A program made the translations under genes and the position numbers. A DNA stretch of 64,000 bases from an uncultured Bacteroidaceae bacterium (GTDB taxonomy: Bacteria; Bacteroidota; Bacteroidia; Bacteroidales; Bacteroidaceae), in NCBI GenBank assembly GCA_905234555.1, contig CAJOHO010000012.1:12123-76122 (forward strand). The letters run 5' to 3'. Shown one piece after another: positions 36,125 to 46,508 of the stretch. Each line of letters opens with the position of its first letter. Within the stretch, counting starts at the first letter, position 1. Below the pieces are notes generated by a model, which saw only the letters and a list, made by a program, of their open reading frames with translations, was not told where the DNA came from and did no database searches.

Positions 36125-36598
36125 TCACTCATGATGATAGGGTTCTCCGCGGATGATGGTTTGGGCACGATAGATTTGTTCCACAAAAAAGAGGCGAACC
36201 ATCTGGTGAGAGAAAGTCATGCGTGAAAGTGAGAGTTGCTCATTTGCCCGCGCATAAACCTCTGGAGAGAAACCATACGGACCTCCCACAACGAAAACGA
36301 GACGTTTTCCGACGGTATGCTGCTTGCGTTGCATCCACTCGGCAAACTCGATGCTTCTGAACTCCTTGCCCCGTTCATCAAGCAGAACGACGGTATCGCC
36401 TGGCTGCAGCTGCTTCAAGATCAAGGCTCCTTCTGCCTGTCGTTGCTGTTCCTCGGTCAAGGCTTTGGTGTTTTTCAGGTCGGGAATAACAATGATGTCG
36501 AAACCCACGTAATGCTTCACGCGGGCTTCGTAATCGTCCATCAAGGCAGCAATATGCTTGTCTGTGGTCTTACCTATTAATATTAAAGAGATTTTCAT
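36125..36598 (-). CDS. rlmH: 23S rRNA (pseudouridine1915-N3)-methyltransferase
   Basis: This is a 157-aa SPOUT protein with conserved VFVVGGPYGFS and LSLSRMTFSHQM. Confidence 0.9.
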   Translation of the reverse strand: MKISLILIGKTTDKHIAALMDDYEARVKHYVGFDIIVIPDLKNTKALTEEQQRQAEGALILKQLQPGDTVVLLDERGKEFRSIEFAEWMQRKQHTVGKRLVFVVGGPYGFSPEVYARANEQLSLSRMTFSHQMVRLFFVEQIYRAQTIIRGEPYHHE

Positions 36599-38805
36599 CT
36601 CGTCACGTTCTTGACGCCTTTGACGCCTTTGATTTTCTTGATGAGGAGGTTGAGCTTCTTGTTGTCGTCAATCTGGATGACAAGAGTGCCGGCAAAGAGT
36701 CCGTCTTCGCTCGACTTGATGTCGATGGAGCGCAGCATGACGTTCTGTTCCTTGGCGATGATGCTGGTGATGTTGGAGACGATACCGATGTCGTCGTGAC
36801 CCACGACACGAAGGGTGATGGGATAGAGGCTACTACCCTTCCCTGCCCATTCTGCTGGGATGATGCGATGGGCGAGGTGTTCCTTCAGGCACAGGGCGTT
36901 GGGACAGTCGGCACGATGGATCTTGATACCTCTGCCAGCTGTGACGAAGCCAAAGACTTTGTCGCCATAGATAGGGTTGCAGCAACGTGCCAGCGAATAC
37001 TCCACACCTTTCACGTTCTTGTCGATGACAAGCACATCCTTGTTGGTGGTCTCAGGAAGTGCCTGACTCTGCACAAACTCTTCGGCGCTGTGGAGGGAGG
37101 CGTTGTCCTGTCCGTCGCTGTTCTCGCGTCGTTGTGCCTCGATATACTGGTCGATGAACTTGCCAACGTCGATGGTTTCGGTGGAGATATCGCGATAGAA
37201 CTCATAGACGTGCTTGTAGCCCAGCCGTTTCACGAGTTTCATCATCACGGCCTCGTCGTAATCCACCTTGCGGTTCTTGAACTTCCGTTCGAGGGTTTCC
37301 TTGGCGAAAGTGGTGGACTGCATCTGCTGCTCGTTGAGCTGCTGACGAATCTTCGCACGTGCCTTTGAGGTGATGGCATAGCCCAACCAGTCCTGCTTAG
37401 GTGTCTGGTTGGAGTTGGTGAGGATTTCCACCTGGTCGCCACTCTGCAACTTCGTTCGCATGGGCACGTTCTTGCCGTTGATACGTCCGCCGGAGCAATG
37501 GCTGCCGACGTTGGTGTGGATGCGATAGGCAAAATCGAGGACGGTGGCTCCTTTGGGCAGTTTGAAGAGGTCGCCCTTGGGTGTGAACACAAAGACTTCG
37601 TCGCTGTATAGATCTACTTTGAACTGGTTTTCCAGTTCCTCGTCGTTGCCAGGATTTTCAAGCGCCAGACGGATATCCTTGAGCCAGTCTTCCAACTTAC
37701 CTCCGCCGTCCTTCACCCCTTTGTAGCGCCAATGGGCAGCCAGACCACGTTCGGCAATCTCGTCCATACGTTCCGTACGGATCTGAATCTCCACCCACTT
37801 GCCTTCGGGTCCCATGACGGTGATATGGAGGCTTTCGTAGCCGTTCGACTTCGGCACAGAGAGCCAATCGCGCATTCGCTTCGGATTGGGTTTGTACATA
37901 TCCGTCACGATGGAGAACACCTGCCAGCAGTCCTGTTTCTCTTTTTCCAACTCAGAATCCAGGATGATGCGGATGGCGAAGAGGTCATATATGCCTTCGA
38001 ACTTACACCGCTGCTTTTTCATCTTCTGCCAGATGGAGTAGATGCTCTTGGTGCGTCCCTTCAGATGGAATTTGAGTCCGGACGCCACCAGTCGTTCCTC
38101 GATAGGCTGAATGAACTTGGCGATATAGGCATCTCGCGAACGCTTCGTCTCGTTCAGCTTCTCCTTAATCATATAATAGGCTTCCGTCTCCAGGTACTTG
38201 AGCGAGAGGTCTTCGAGTTCCGACTTGATGAGATAAAGTCCCAGCTTATGTGCCAAAGGAGCATAGAGACGACTGGCTTCGGTTGCCACCCGACGGCGTT
38301 CCTCCTCTGTGCCACGATCCTTGATCTGACGCATGAGGTTCACACGGTCGGCAATGATAATGAAAATCACTCGCATATCCTCTGCAAACGAGAGGAGCAG
38401 GTCGCGGAAGTTCTCTGTGTCGATGGAGGTGTTCTTGGAATAGAGTTCGTTCACGCGGATGAGTCCACGCAGGATATGTGCCACATCGTCGCCGAAGTCC
38501 TGAGCTACCTGTTCCACGCTGTATTTGCCTGCAGCCACACAACGATGCAGCAGGATGCTGACAATGCCGGCACGGCTCAAACCTACTTCCTCGGCACAGA
38601 TCAATGCAGTCTGGAGGTCGAAGAGCACAGGATTGATGTCGAACACACCACGATCCATGCATCCGTCTTTGGCTGCCTCCAACAGCACTTCATGTATTTT
38701 CCCGAAGTCTCCGTCGTTCATGGCGTCAGCCACCAAGTCGTGCAACCGTTTCATGGTCTGCAACAACTCCTGACGTTCCGCTTCGTTCATCAATATCTCG
38801 TCCAT
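36595..38805 (-). CDS. RelA/SpoT-homologue (p)ppGpp synthetase with an apparently degenerate hydrolase HD motif
   Basis: It has a synthetase domain (YKPNPKRMRDWLSVPKSNGYESLH), a TGS domain and a C-terminal ACT domain. The canonical LLHD..ED position reads LLHRCVAAGK. Confidence 0.85.
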   Translation of the reverse strand: MDEILMNEAERQELLQTMKRLHDLVADAMNDGDFGKIHEVLLEAAKDGCMDRGVFDINPVLFDLQTALICAEEVGLSRAGIVSILLHRCVAAGKYSVEQVAQDFGDDVAHILRGLIRVNELYSKNTSIDTENFRDLLLSFAEDMRVIFIIIADRVNLMRQIKDRGTEEERRRVATEASRLYAPLAHKLGLYLIKSELEDLSLKYLETEAYYMIKEKLNETKRSRDAYIAKFIQPIEERLVASGLKFHLKGRTKSIYSIWQKMKKQRCKFEGIYDLFAIRIILDSELEKEKQDCWQVFSIVTDMYKPNPKRMRDWLSVPKSNGYESLHITVMGPEGKWVEIQIRTERMDEIAERGLAAHWRYKGVKDGGGKLEDWLKDIRLALENPGNDEELENQFKVDLYSDEVFVFTPKGDLFKLPKGATVLDFAYRIHTNVGSHCSGGRINGKNVPMRTKLQSGDQVEILTNSNQTPKQDWLGYAITSKARAKIRQQLNEQQMQSTTFAKETLERKFKNRKVDYDEAVMMKLVKRLGYKHVYEFYRDISTETIDVGKFIDQYIEAQRRENSDGQDNASLHSAEEFVQSQALPETTNKDVLVIDKNVKGVEYSLARCCNPIYGDKVFGFVTAGRGIKIHRADCPNALCLKEHLAHRIIPAEWAGKGSSLYPITLRVVGHDDIGIVSNITSIIAKEQNVMLRSIDIKSSEDGLFAGTLVIQIDDNKKLNLLIKKIKGVKGVKNVTR

Positions 38806-38840
38806 CTGAATTCAGATTAATTGTTTCGATTAAACTTGCA

Positions 38841-38848
38841 CAAAGTTA
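38841..38848 (-). promoter_or_regulatory. -7 box TAACTTTG (RSH-rlmH)
   Basis: It lies 36 nt upstream of ATG 38805. Confidence 0.55.
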
Positions 38849-38964
38849 GCAATAAATCTACATTCAAACTAAAAAAACGGCCTGTTTTTACACAATATGA
38901 CACGTTTTTTACGAGAGATTACATTTTTTTTAGATTTTTTTGATGCAGTCAACAAAAAAATCAT

Positions 38965-38972
38965 TACCTTTG
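38965..38972 (+). promoter_or_regulatory. -7 box TACCTTTG (DUF4301-like gene)
   Basis: It lies 51 nt upstream of ATG 39023. Confidence 0.5.
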
Positions 38973-39022
38973 CTGACAGAGAATAATTAGCAGTATTATC
39001 AACAGGTAAAAAAATTATCACT

Positions 39023-40543
39023 ATGTTCACAGAGCAAGATAAGCAACAGCTTCGCCAAAAAGGAATTTCGGAAGAGAAAGTGATGGCTCAGTTAGAGGCA
39101 TTCAAGACAGGTTTTCCGTTTTTGAAACTGGCGGGAGCAGCAGCACCTCGTCGTGGCATCACCATCCCGACCCAACGTGAGCAGAAAAGTTATCTTTCAG
39201 CATGGAACCGCTACCTGCGCGACGGAGGCAAAGTCCTGAAGTTCGTACCCGCCAGCGGAGCAGCCAGCCGAATGTTCAAGAATCTGTTTGAGTTCTTGGA
39301 CGGCGCTGCCAACGAACCCGACACCGACTTCATCCGTCAGTTCTTTGCACAGATCCATGACTTCGCATTCTTTGCCGAACTCGACGCAGCCTGTCAAAAG
39401 AACGAAGGCAAGGGTGTGGACGAACTGGTGAAAGCCGGTGCGTTCAAGGCTGTTGTCAGCAATCTCTTAGGCGAACAGGGACTCAACTACGGCAAACTGC
39501 CCAAAGGTCTGTTGCTGTTCCACAACTATGAGGCAGGTCCACGTAAACCGATGGAAGAACACCTCGTGGAAGGTGCCCTCTATGCCGTTGGCAAGGACAA
39601 AATCGTACAAGTACATTTCACCGTCAGCCCTGAACATCGTGCCCTCTTCCAGAAGTTAGTGGAAGAAAAGGTAGCGAAGTACGAGGAAGAATACGGTGTG
39701 AAGTACGATGTCACCTTCTCTGAGCAGAAAGCCAGCACCGATACGGTGGCTGCCACACTCGACAACGAACCTTTCCGCAACGAAGACGGCTCCATCCTCT
39801 TCCGTCCAGGTGGTCACGGCGCACTCATCGAGAACCTCAACGACCTCGATGCCGATGTTGTCTTCATCAAGAATATCGACAACGTCGTACCCGACCGTCT
39901 GAAGGAAACCACCGTCACCTACAAACGACTGATTGCAGGTGTGTTGGCAACCCTCCAGAACAAAATCTTCGAATACATGGAACTTCTCGAAAGCGGCGAA
40001 TATACCCATGCACAGCTTGAAGGCATCATCCGCTTCATGCGCGACGACCTCGGCATCCGCAATCCACAGCTCAAGATGCTCGAAGATGCCGACCTCGTAG
40101 TCTATATGAAGCAGAAACTCAACCGCCCCATCCGCGTCTGCGGAATGGTGAAGAACGTCGGAGAGCCTGGTGGAGGTCCTTTCCTGGCTTACAACGAAGA
40201 CGGCACCATTTCACTCCAGATTCTGGAAAGCTCACAGATTGACAAGCAGAATGCCGAGTACGTCAAGATGTTCGAGAGCGGCACCCACTTCAATCCCGTT
40301 GACCTCGTTTGCGGCCTGAAGAACTACAAAGGTGAGAAGTTCGACCTCACCAAGTATGTTGATCCGAAGACAGGCTTCATCTCCTCCAAGTCCAAGAACG
40401 GCAAGGAACTCAAAGCCCTTGAGTTGCCAGGTCTCTGGAACGGTGCCATGAGCGACTGGAACACCGTCTTCGTAGAAGTCCCTCTCGAAACCTTCAATCC
40501 TGTTAAAACCGTCAACGACCTGCTCCGTCCCGAACACCAGTAA
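39023..40543 (+). CDS. DUF4301-like protein (nucleotidyltransferase-like fold, function unknown)
   Basis: This is a 506-aa soluble protein whose N-terminus is FTEQDKQQLRQKGISEEKVMAQLEAFKTGFPFL. The family assignment is from memory. Confidence 0.55.
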   Translation: MFTEQDKQQLRQKGISEEKVMAQLEAFKTGFPFLKLAGAAAPRRGITIPTQREQKSYLSAWNRYLRDGGKVLKFVPASGAASRMFKNLFEFLDGAANEPDTDFIRQFFAQIHDFAFFAELDAACQKNEGKGVDELVKAGAFKAVVSNLLGEQGLNYGKLPKGLLLFHNYEAGPRKPMEEHLVEGALYAVGKDKIVQVHFTVSPEHRALFQKLVEEKVAKYEEEYGVKYDVTFSEQKASTDTVAATLDNEPFRNEDGSILFRPGGHGALIENLNDLDADVVFIKNIDNVVPDRLKETTVTYKRLIAGVLATLQNKIFEYMELLESGEYTHAQLEGIIRFMRDDLGIRNPQLKMLEDADLVVYMKQKLNRPIRVCGMVKNVGEPGGGPFLAYNEDGTISLQILESSQIDKQNAEYVKMFESGTHFNPVDLVCGLKNYKGEKFDLTKYVDPKTGFISSKSKNGKELKALELPGLWNGAMSDWNTVFVEVPLETFNPVKTVNDLLRPEHQ

Positions 40544-40612
40544 TCGCTTCTTCGGAACACCAGTAAAAATGTTCAACCGTTCAGCACTGTTATCCTGAAC
40601 GAATCAATACCA

Positions 40613-40648
40613 ACAGCCATTGTCCCTCCTGAGACGATGGCTGTTTTT
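40613..40648 (+). terminator. intrinsic terminator after the DUF4301-like gene
   Basis: The stem is ACAGCCATTG/CGATGGCTGT (10 bp with one G-U pair), followed by TTTTT. Confidence 0.75.
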
Positions 40649-40815
40649 GTTTTTTATCGAAAAGAGCCGTTTTCTGAACCTCGTTGACTTTTCAAAGCTC
40701 ACAATTCTGCCAGAGTACGTTCTAAAATTCCACAAAGCACACTTGGCTTTGTGTTCAAATAAGCTACCTTGATAAGTTTTTCCTGTGCATAATTGGAAGA
40801 TTGAAGAATAATGCG

Positions 40816-40823
40816 TAAATTTG
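40816..40823 (+). promoter_or_regulatory. -7 box TAAATTTG (gmd-fcl)
   Basis: It lies 36 nt upstream of ATG 40859. Confidence 0.55.
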
Positions 40824-40858
40824 CAACGAAATCTATAACAAGGTTGAATTTCTATCGC

Positions 40859-41941
40859 ATGGCAAAGAAAGCATTGATTACGGGTATTACGGGTCAGGAC
40901 GGTAGTTTCCTGGCTGAGTTCCTGATTGAAAAAGGATATGAGGTGCACGGCATCATGCGCCGCAGCAGTTCGTTTAACACAGGTCGTATCGAACACCTTT
41001 ACCTCGACGAGTGGGTGCGCGATATGAAGAAGAAACGCCTGGTGAACCTGCACTGGGGAGATATGACGGACAGTTCGAGTCTGGTTCGTATCATCATGGA
41101 AATCAAGCCCGACGAGATATACAATCTGGCTGCTCAGAGCCATGTGAAGGTATCGTTCGATGTGCCTGAGTTTACGGCAGAGGCTGACGCTGTGGGTGTG
41201 CTGCGACTGCTGGAGGCTGTGCGTATCGTGGGACTGGCTGACAAGTGCCGCATCTATCAGGCATCGACGAGTGAGTTGTTCGGATTGGTGCAGGAAGTTC
41301 CGCAGAAGGAGACTACCCCATTCTATCCGCGTTCGCCCTACGGAGTAGCTAAGCAGTACGGTTTCTGGATTATGAAGAACTACCGTGAGAGCTACGGCAT
41401 GTTTTGCTGCAATGGCATTCTGTTCAACCACGAGAGTGAGCGAAGAGGCGAGACTTTCGTGACTCGCAAGATTTCGCTGGCAGCAGCCCGTATTGCCCAA
41501 GGTTTCCAGGACAAGCTGTATCTGGGTAATCTGAACAGCCTGCGCGACTGGGGCTATGCGAAGGATTACGTGGAATGTATGTGGCTGATGCTGCAACAGG
41601 ACAAGCCCGACGATTTTGTGATTGCCACAGGTCAGTACCACTCGGTTCGCGAGTTCTGCACGCTGGCTTTCAAAGAAGCAGGCATAGAACTGTGGTGGGA
41701 AGGTAAAGGAGTGGATGAGAAAGGTATTGACACGAAAACCGGACGTATGCTGGTGGAAGTTGATCCCAAGTATTTCCGACCTGCAGAGGTGGAACAGCTG
41801 TTGGGCGATCCGACGAAAGCCAGAACTGTGCTGGGTTGGAATCCGCAGCAAACAAGTTTTGAAGAACTTGTCAGGATCATGGTGCAGCACGACATGAAAA
41901 AAGTGAAGAAACTGTATCTTCGCGAACACATAGATGACTAA
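40859..41941 (+). CDS. gmd: GDP-mannose 4,6-dehydratase
   Basis: The N-terminus is [29 protein letters not shown], followed by an SDR core YGVAKQY. The start is ATG 40859, downstream of a TAAATTTG box. Confidence 0.9.
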   Translation: MAKKALITGITGQDGSFLAEFLIEKGYEVHGIMRRSSSFNTGRIEHLYLDEWVRDMKKKRLVNLHWGDMTDSSSLVRIIMEIKPDEIYNLAAQSHVKVSFDVPEFTAEADAVGVLRLLEAVRIVGLADKCRIYQASTSELFGLVQEVPQKETTPFYPRSPYGVAKQYGFWIMKNYRESYGMFCCNGILFNHESERRGETFVTRKISLAAARIAQGFQDKLYLGNLNSLRDWGYAKDYVECMWLMLQQDKPDDFVIATGQYHSVREFCTLAFKEAGIELWWEGKGVDEKGIDTKTGRMLVEVDPKYFRPAEVEQLLGDPTKARTVLGWNPQQTSFEELVRIMVQHDMKKVKKLYLREHIDD

Positions 41942-41951
41942 AATCAAGTTC

Positions 41952-41971
41952 CCTTGCGGAAAGCCGCAAGG
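41952..41971 (+). other. intercistronic hairpin CCTTGCGG-AAAG-CCGCAAGG (gmd-fcl spacer)
   Basis: The stem is 8 bp and perfect. No T-run follows. Confidence 0.8.
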
Positions 41972-42019
41972 CACTGTGGGAAGTTTCAGGATTCATGTTT
42001 CAGGTTTCAAGTTGAAAGT

Positions 42020-42961
42020 ATGGAATTAGATTCGAAAATATATGTAGCGGGACACCGAGGGATGGTGGGTTCTGCCATCGTAAGGGAGTTGAAGCGACAA
42101 GGCTACACGAATATCATTACCAGAACGCACAAGGAACTGGATCTGACCCGTCAGGAGGCGGTGGAGCAGTTCTTCGCTGAGGAGAAGCCGGAATATGTGT
42201 TTCTGGCGGCAGCAAAGGTGGGCGGTATTGTCGCCAACCAGAGTGCCCTTGCCGACTTTATGTACGAGAACATGGTGCTGGAAATGAACGTGATTCATGC
42301 TGCATGGAAGAACGGCTGCAAGAAGCTGGAGTTTCTGGGAAGCAGTTGTATCTATCCCCGTCTGGCTCCGCAACCTATGCCTGAGAGCTGCCTGCTCACA
42401 GGTTCTTTGGAGAAAACCAACGAAGCCTACGCGCTGGCAAAAATATCGGGACTGAAATACTGCGAATACCTGAACAGACAATATGGAACGGACTATATCT
42501 CCGTGATGCCCACGAACCTCTACGGTCCCAACGATAACTACCATCCTGAGCACAGCCACGTGCTCCCTGCCCTCATCCGCAGGTTTCACGAAGCCAAGGA
42601 AACTGGTGCGGAAAGCGTCACCTGCTGGGGAGACGGTACGCCTTTGAGAGAGTTCCTCTATGTGGATGATCTCGCCAACCTGTGTGTCTTCCTCATGAAC
42701 CATTACAGCGGCAACGAAACCGTGAACGCCGGTACGGGCAAAGAACTCACCATCAAAGCCTTGACTGAACTGGTAGCAAAAGTGGTTGGGTATAAAGGTC
42801 GCATCGAATGGGACACAACTCGTCCCAACGGCACACCCCGAAAACTGCTGGATGTGAGCAAGGCCACGCAGTTGGGCTGGACCTACCGAACAGAGTTGGA
42901 AGAGGGCATTCGCCTCGCCTACGAAGATTTCCTGTCAAACCCCATGAGGGCAGAAAGGTAA
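42020..42961 (+). CDS. fcl: GDP-L-fucose synthase
   Basis: Conserved stretches are [22 protein letters not shown] and NLYGPNDNY. The start is ATG 42020. Confidence 0.9.
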   Translation: MELDSKIYVAGHRGMVGSAIVRELKRQGYTNIITRTHKELDLTRQEAVEQFFAEEKPEYVFLAAAKVGGIVANQSALADFMYENMVLEMNVIHAAWKNGCKKLEFLGSSCIYPRLAPQPMPESCLLTGSLEKTNEAYALAKISGLKYCEYLNRQYGTDYISVMPTNLYGPNDNYHPEHSHVLPALIRRFHEAKETGAESVTCWGDGTPLREFLYVDDLANLCVFLMNHYSGNETVNAGTGKELTIKALTELVAKVVGYKGRIEWDTTRPNGTPRKLLDVSKATQLGWTYRTELEEGIRLAYEDFLSNPMRAER

Positions 42962-42982
42962 AGAAGCAAAAAGGTAAAGAGG

Positions 42983-43014
42983 TAAAGAAAAGCCTCGTGG
43001 GAAAACCACGAGGC
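42983..43014 (-). terminator. intrinsic terminator of the GHL10 gene (shared hairpin family)
   Basis: The stem-loop is GCCTCGTGG-GAAAA-CCACGAGGC. On the minus strand the hairpin is followed by CTTTTCTTT. Confidence 0.7.
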
Positions 43015-43040
43015 ACAGTCATACCTAAAGCATCAACTTA

Positions 43041-44525
43041 TCAGAAGCGGATGCGGATGGGTTTGGATTCGTTGTGGAGGCGGTCGAGTGCCGTGATGAG
43101 GAGGAGGTGGTCGGCAAACGGACCGTTGAGGAGGATTTCAGGCGAAGTGGTGATGGCAAGAATGTGAGTAGCATCTTCAAGGTTCACCTTCTCTCCTGGA
43201 CGGAAATCATAGACCACATACTGCACGGCACGATCCATCTCACGCTTTGCCTTAGGTGCGCTCCATCTTAACACCGTTCCCTGACTGCTCTGCTCCAATC
43301 GTGGATTACGCGGCTGCTTCGGCGCTTTCTTGTCGATGAACGTCATCAGCGGCTGAAGAGCCGGATAGCGATGATAATAGGTGCGAAGACGATCGGCATA
43401 ACCACCAGGATTGTTACAAACCGCAGCTGCATACCATTGGCAGGAACCTTGCACATTTTTCATAGAACGCTGAATCTCATACTTGGCATCCATCTGATGC
43501 TTCTGCGGATTCTGCGGATCGGTTCCCTTTACCGTCCGTTCCACATCCTGACCAATGAACAAAGGACGCTGGTGGCAGAAGTCGTTCCACCAGTTACATA
43601 GAATCTCGTAATCAGCTGCCCGATTCCCGATATTCCAATAAACCTGCGGAAGCAAATAATCCACCCAACCTTCCTGCTGCCAAAGAACAACATCAGCATA
43701 GAGGTCATCGTAGTTCTGTGTTCCCTTCGTCGCACTACCCCGCTTGGCGTTCACCATCTCTGTGTTATTACGATAAATGCCGAAAGGAGAGATGCCGAAC
43801 TTCACCCAAGGCTTCACCTCACGAATCAGACGATGAAGGTCGCGAATAAGCAGATTGACATTGTCGCGACGCCAGTCCTCGATGTTGGCGAACCCACGCG
43901 GATCTGCCTGATAATAAGCCTCATCGGGAATCTGAACTCCTGCCACAGGATAGGGATAGAAGTAGTCGTCCATGTGGATGCCATCTACGTCGTAGTGCTG
44001 AAGGATATCCTCCACCACCATGCAGGTGTAGGTACGGTTTTCAGGAAGGGCAGGATTGACAATCTGCAAACCATCATAGGGAAAGACACGTTCAGGATGA
44101 CGCACGACATAATGCGTGTTTGCCAGTTCGCTGGTGAATTTCGTCTTGGCACGATAAGGATTGATCCACGCATGGAGTTCCATTCCGCGTCGATGACACT
44201 GGTCCACCATCCACGACAGAGGATCCCATCCGTCGCTTGGTGCCACTCCCTGCTGACCCGTCAGATAACGGCTCCACGGTTCGTACTGAGAATGGTAGAG
44301 TGCATCACACTCTGCCCTCACCTGGAAGATGATGGCATTGATGCCACATTGTTGGAGACGGTCCAGCTGTGAGGACAGCATTTCGCGCAACTGTTCTGGT
44401 GTTTTGCCAAGATACTGTCCGTTGACACACTGAATCCAAGCACCACGGAATTCACGCTTGGGGGGATTCTGAGCCTGAGCGAAAACCGTAAAAAGTAGAA
44501 AAAACGAAAGGAGGAGCTTTTTCAT
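43041..44525 (-). CDS. glycoside-hydrolase-like family 10 (GHL10/DUF187) protein
   Basis: The signal peptide is followed by EFRGAWIQCV, and a TIM-barrel-like core follows (GINAIIFQVR, HAWINPYR). Confidence 0.65.
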   Translation of the reverse strand: MKKLLLSFFLLFTVFAQAQNPPKREFRGAWIQCVNGQYLGKTPEQLREMLSSQLDRLQQCGINAIIFQVRAECDALYHSQYEPWSRYLTGQQGVAPSDGWDPLSWMVDQCHRRGMELHAWINPYRAKTKFTSELANTHYVVRHPERVFPYDGLQIVNPALPENRTYTCMVVEDILQHYDVDGIHMDDYFYPYPVAGVQIPDEAYYQADPRGFANIEDWRRDNVNLLIRDLHRLIREVKPWVKFGISPFGIYRNNTEMVNAKRGSATKGTQNYDDLYADVVLWQQEGWVDYLLPQVYWNIGNRAADYEILCNWWNDFCHQRPLFIGQDVERTVKGTDPQNPQKHQMDAKYEIQRSMKNVQGSCQWYAAAVCNNPGGYADRLRTYYHRYPALQPLMTFIDKKAPKQPRNPRLEQSSQGTVLRWSAPKAKREMDRAVQYVVYDFRPGEKVNLEDATHILAITTSPEILLNGPFADHLLLITALDRLHNESKPIRIRF

Positions 44526-44572
44526 AATGGGTTAATGGGAATATTAAAGGGCTTAATGGGTTTAATGGGGTA
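44525..44572. repeat. word array TAATGGG x4 (plus TAAAGGG)
   Basis: Copies lie at 44525, 44533, 44545 (variant), 44554 and 44563. Confidence 0.85.
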
Positions 44573-44580
44573 AATTGATT

Positions 44581-45765
44581 TTAGAGGAAGGGGGTGAGGA
44601 GATTGCCAAACCAGGCAACCGTTCGTTTCCAGAAGCTTTTCTTGTGCCAGAGTTCGCGGTTCATGGTGTCTGAGTTCTGCAAATCCTCATCGAACATACG
44701 GTCGAGCTGAGCCGTCACATCTGCATCGAAGATGACAGCGTTAACCTCGTAGTCGTAGCGCAAACTGCGACTGTTAAGGTTGGCCGAGCCCACGGTGCAG
44801 AAGCGTCCATCCACCGTCATCGTCTTGGTGTGGTGAAAGCCTCCGTTGAAGAGATAGACTCTGGCTCCACGTTTTTGCAGTTGACGACCCACATAATGGG
44901 AAGCGTCGGGAGTTAGGGGTATATCGCTTTTGGCAGAAAGCATAATTTCCACGTCCACACCTCGTTCCACAGCCCGACGGATGGCTTTGCGAACGCTATG
45001 CGTGGGTACGAAGTAAGGATTGATGATGCGTACGTGGTGCTGCGCGTGGTCGAGCATCGAGATGTAAAGTTGACGAATGGATTTATTGGATACATGGGGA
45101 GCACGATCGACAATGGCGACAGGCGCCTTGCCTTCAGTCTGAGTGCGAGGCGGATAATAGCGGCTTCCCACCAAGATTTCACCCGTTTGCTCGTACCACA
45201 TCTCACCAAAAATCTGATGCAGTTCATCAACCGCACTTCCTTCGATGTGCATGTGCATATCGCGCCAAGGTCCCACTTCTTCCAATCCGTTGATGTAGTA
45301 GTCTGCCACATTCATGCCACCCGTATATGCCACTCGTCCATCGATGACAACGATCTTGCGGTGGTCGCGTGGGTAGATGTGGTTTACCCAAGGGAAACGG
45401 AGCGGATCGAACTTCTCCAGATGGATACCCAACGAACAGATGGAGTCGTGCTGCACTTTCTTAATTGGCTGATTATTGGAAGAATTGCCAAAGGCATCGT
45501 ACATCACACGCACTTCAACTCCTTCTTTAACTTTCTTTGCTAACAGATTGATGAGCAAATGATTGATAGAATCGTTGCGGAAGTTGAAATACTCCATATG
45601 GATGAAGTCGCGTGCGTTCTCCACCTCACGGAAGAGATCGTCGAACTTAGCCTGACCACTCATCAACAGACGCACGTCGTTGCCTGGCGCAATGGCGACA
45701 TTCATGGCTCGAGTCTGAGGTCTGGGCTGACGCCTCACAGAGCGCACTAAGCAGACAGAGAACAC
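44581..45765 (-). CDS. PLD-family cardiolipin synthase (ClsB-like, no N-terminal TM helices)
   Basis: It has two HKD motifs (HRKIVVIDGRVAYTGGMN and HHTKTMTVDGRFCTVGSANLNSRS). The alternative start is ATG 45705. Confidence 0.8.
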   Translation of the reverse strand: MFSVCLVRSVRRQPRPQTRAMNVAIAPGNDVRLLMSGQAKFDDLFREVENARDFIHMEYFNFRNDSINHLLINLLAKKVKEGVEVRVMYDAFGNSSNNQPIKKVQHDSICSLGIHLEKFDPLRFPWVNHIYPRDHRKIVVIDGRVAYTGGMNVADYYINGLEEVGPWRDMHMHIEGSAVDELHQIFGEMWYEQTGEILVGSRYYPPRTQTEGKAPVAIVDRAPHVSNKSIRQLYISMLDHAQHHVRIINPYFVPTHSVRKAIRRAVERGVDVEIMLSAKSDIPLTPDASHYVGRQLQKRGARVYLFNGGFHHTKTMTVDGRFCTVGSANLNSRSLRYDYEVNAVIFDADVTAQLDRMFDEDLQNSDTMNRELWHKKSFWKRTVAWFGNLLTPFL

Positions 45766-45786
45766 AAAGGAATAGACGTCTTATCA

Positions 45787-45850
45787 TTTATGGATTTACG
45801 GAATTACGGATTTTGGGATTTTCGGAATTACGAAATTACGGAATTACGAA
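45787..45850. repeat. word array ATTTACGG/AATTACGG/AATTACGA
   Basis: It belongs to the reverse-complement family of 19208-19263. Confidence 0.85.
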
Positions 45851-46500
45851 AAAGATGAAACATTAAGTTTTTCCTGAAGGGCTGGCATCCAGTCTACGTT
45901 CTTGGGAACCAACAAGCCATGAATGCCCAGTTGGTTGGCTGCCTCCACATTGGCTGGTCCATCGTCGAGGAAGATGGTTTCCTCCGCACGACAACCTGAT
46001 TCCGTCAGAACACGCTGGAAGATGGTGGCCGACGGCTTGTAGTCCTTCATCTTATAGCTATAGAAGGTGCGATGGAAATAGTAGCCGATGGGGTGTCCGT
46101 CGCCGCTGAAGTCGGTGCTGTCTGCCCAATGCGTCATATAAGGATTGGTGTTGCTCAGCAGCAGGACGTTATAGGACTCTTTGAGTTTCAGCAAGTTCTG
46201 CAGTCGTTCCTTTCGAACTTCCGTCACATAACCGCGCCAAGCCCATTCACATTGCTCAAACGTGAACTCAGGTGTCTCGGCGCTGCCAGAGAGTTCCTGA
46301 ACCAGCTTTCCCAACTGCTGACGGAAGGTTTCTGCGTCGATGCTTCCGTTCTCGCATTGCAGGAAAATGCCTGTCTGGCCGTACTTGCCCAGCCGTTCGC
46401 GAGCATCAGTCACACCCAGCGACTCAAACCGTCGGTAGGCTTCTTCAGGGTTCAGCGGAACTACCACGCCGCCAAAGTCGAAAATCAGGTTTTTTATCAT
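45844..46500 (-). CDS. HAD-superfamily hydrolase
   Basis: Motif I is LIFDFGGVVV, and the C-terminal motif is FLDDGPANV. Confidence 0.7.
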   Translation of the reverse strand: MIKNLIFDFGGVVVPLNPEEAYRRFESLGVTDARERLGKYGQTGIFLQCENGSIDAETFRQQLGKLVQELSGSAETPEFTFEQCEWAWRGYVTEVRKERLQNLLKLKESYNVLLLSNTNPYMTHWADSTDFSGDGHPIGYYFHRTFYSYKMKDYKPSATIFQRVLTESGCRAEETIFLDDGPANVEAANQLGIHGLLVPKNVDWMPALQEKLNVSSFS

Positions 46501-46508
46501 TGAATTAT

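Noticed and set aside
40604-41974. A 456-aa ORF on the minus strand
   Set aside because: It is entirely antisense to gmd. The plus-strand gmd translation carries unmistakable GDP-mannose dehydratase motifs, whereas the minus-strand product is low-complexity with no recognisable motif. This is a shadow ORF.
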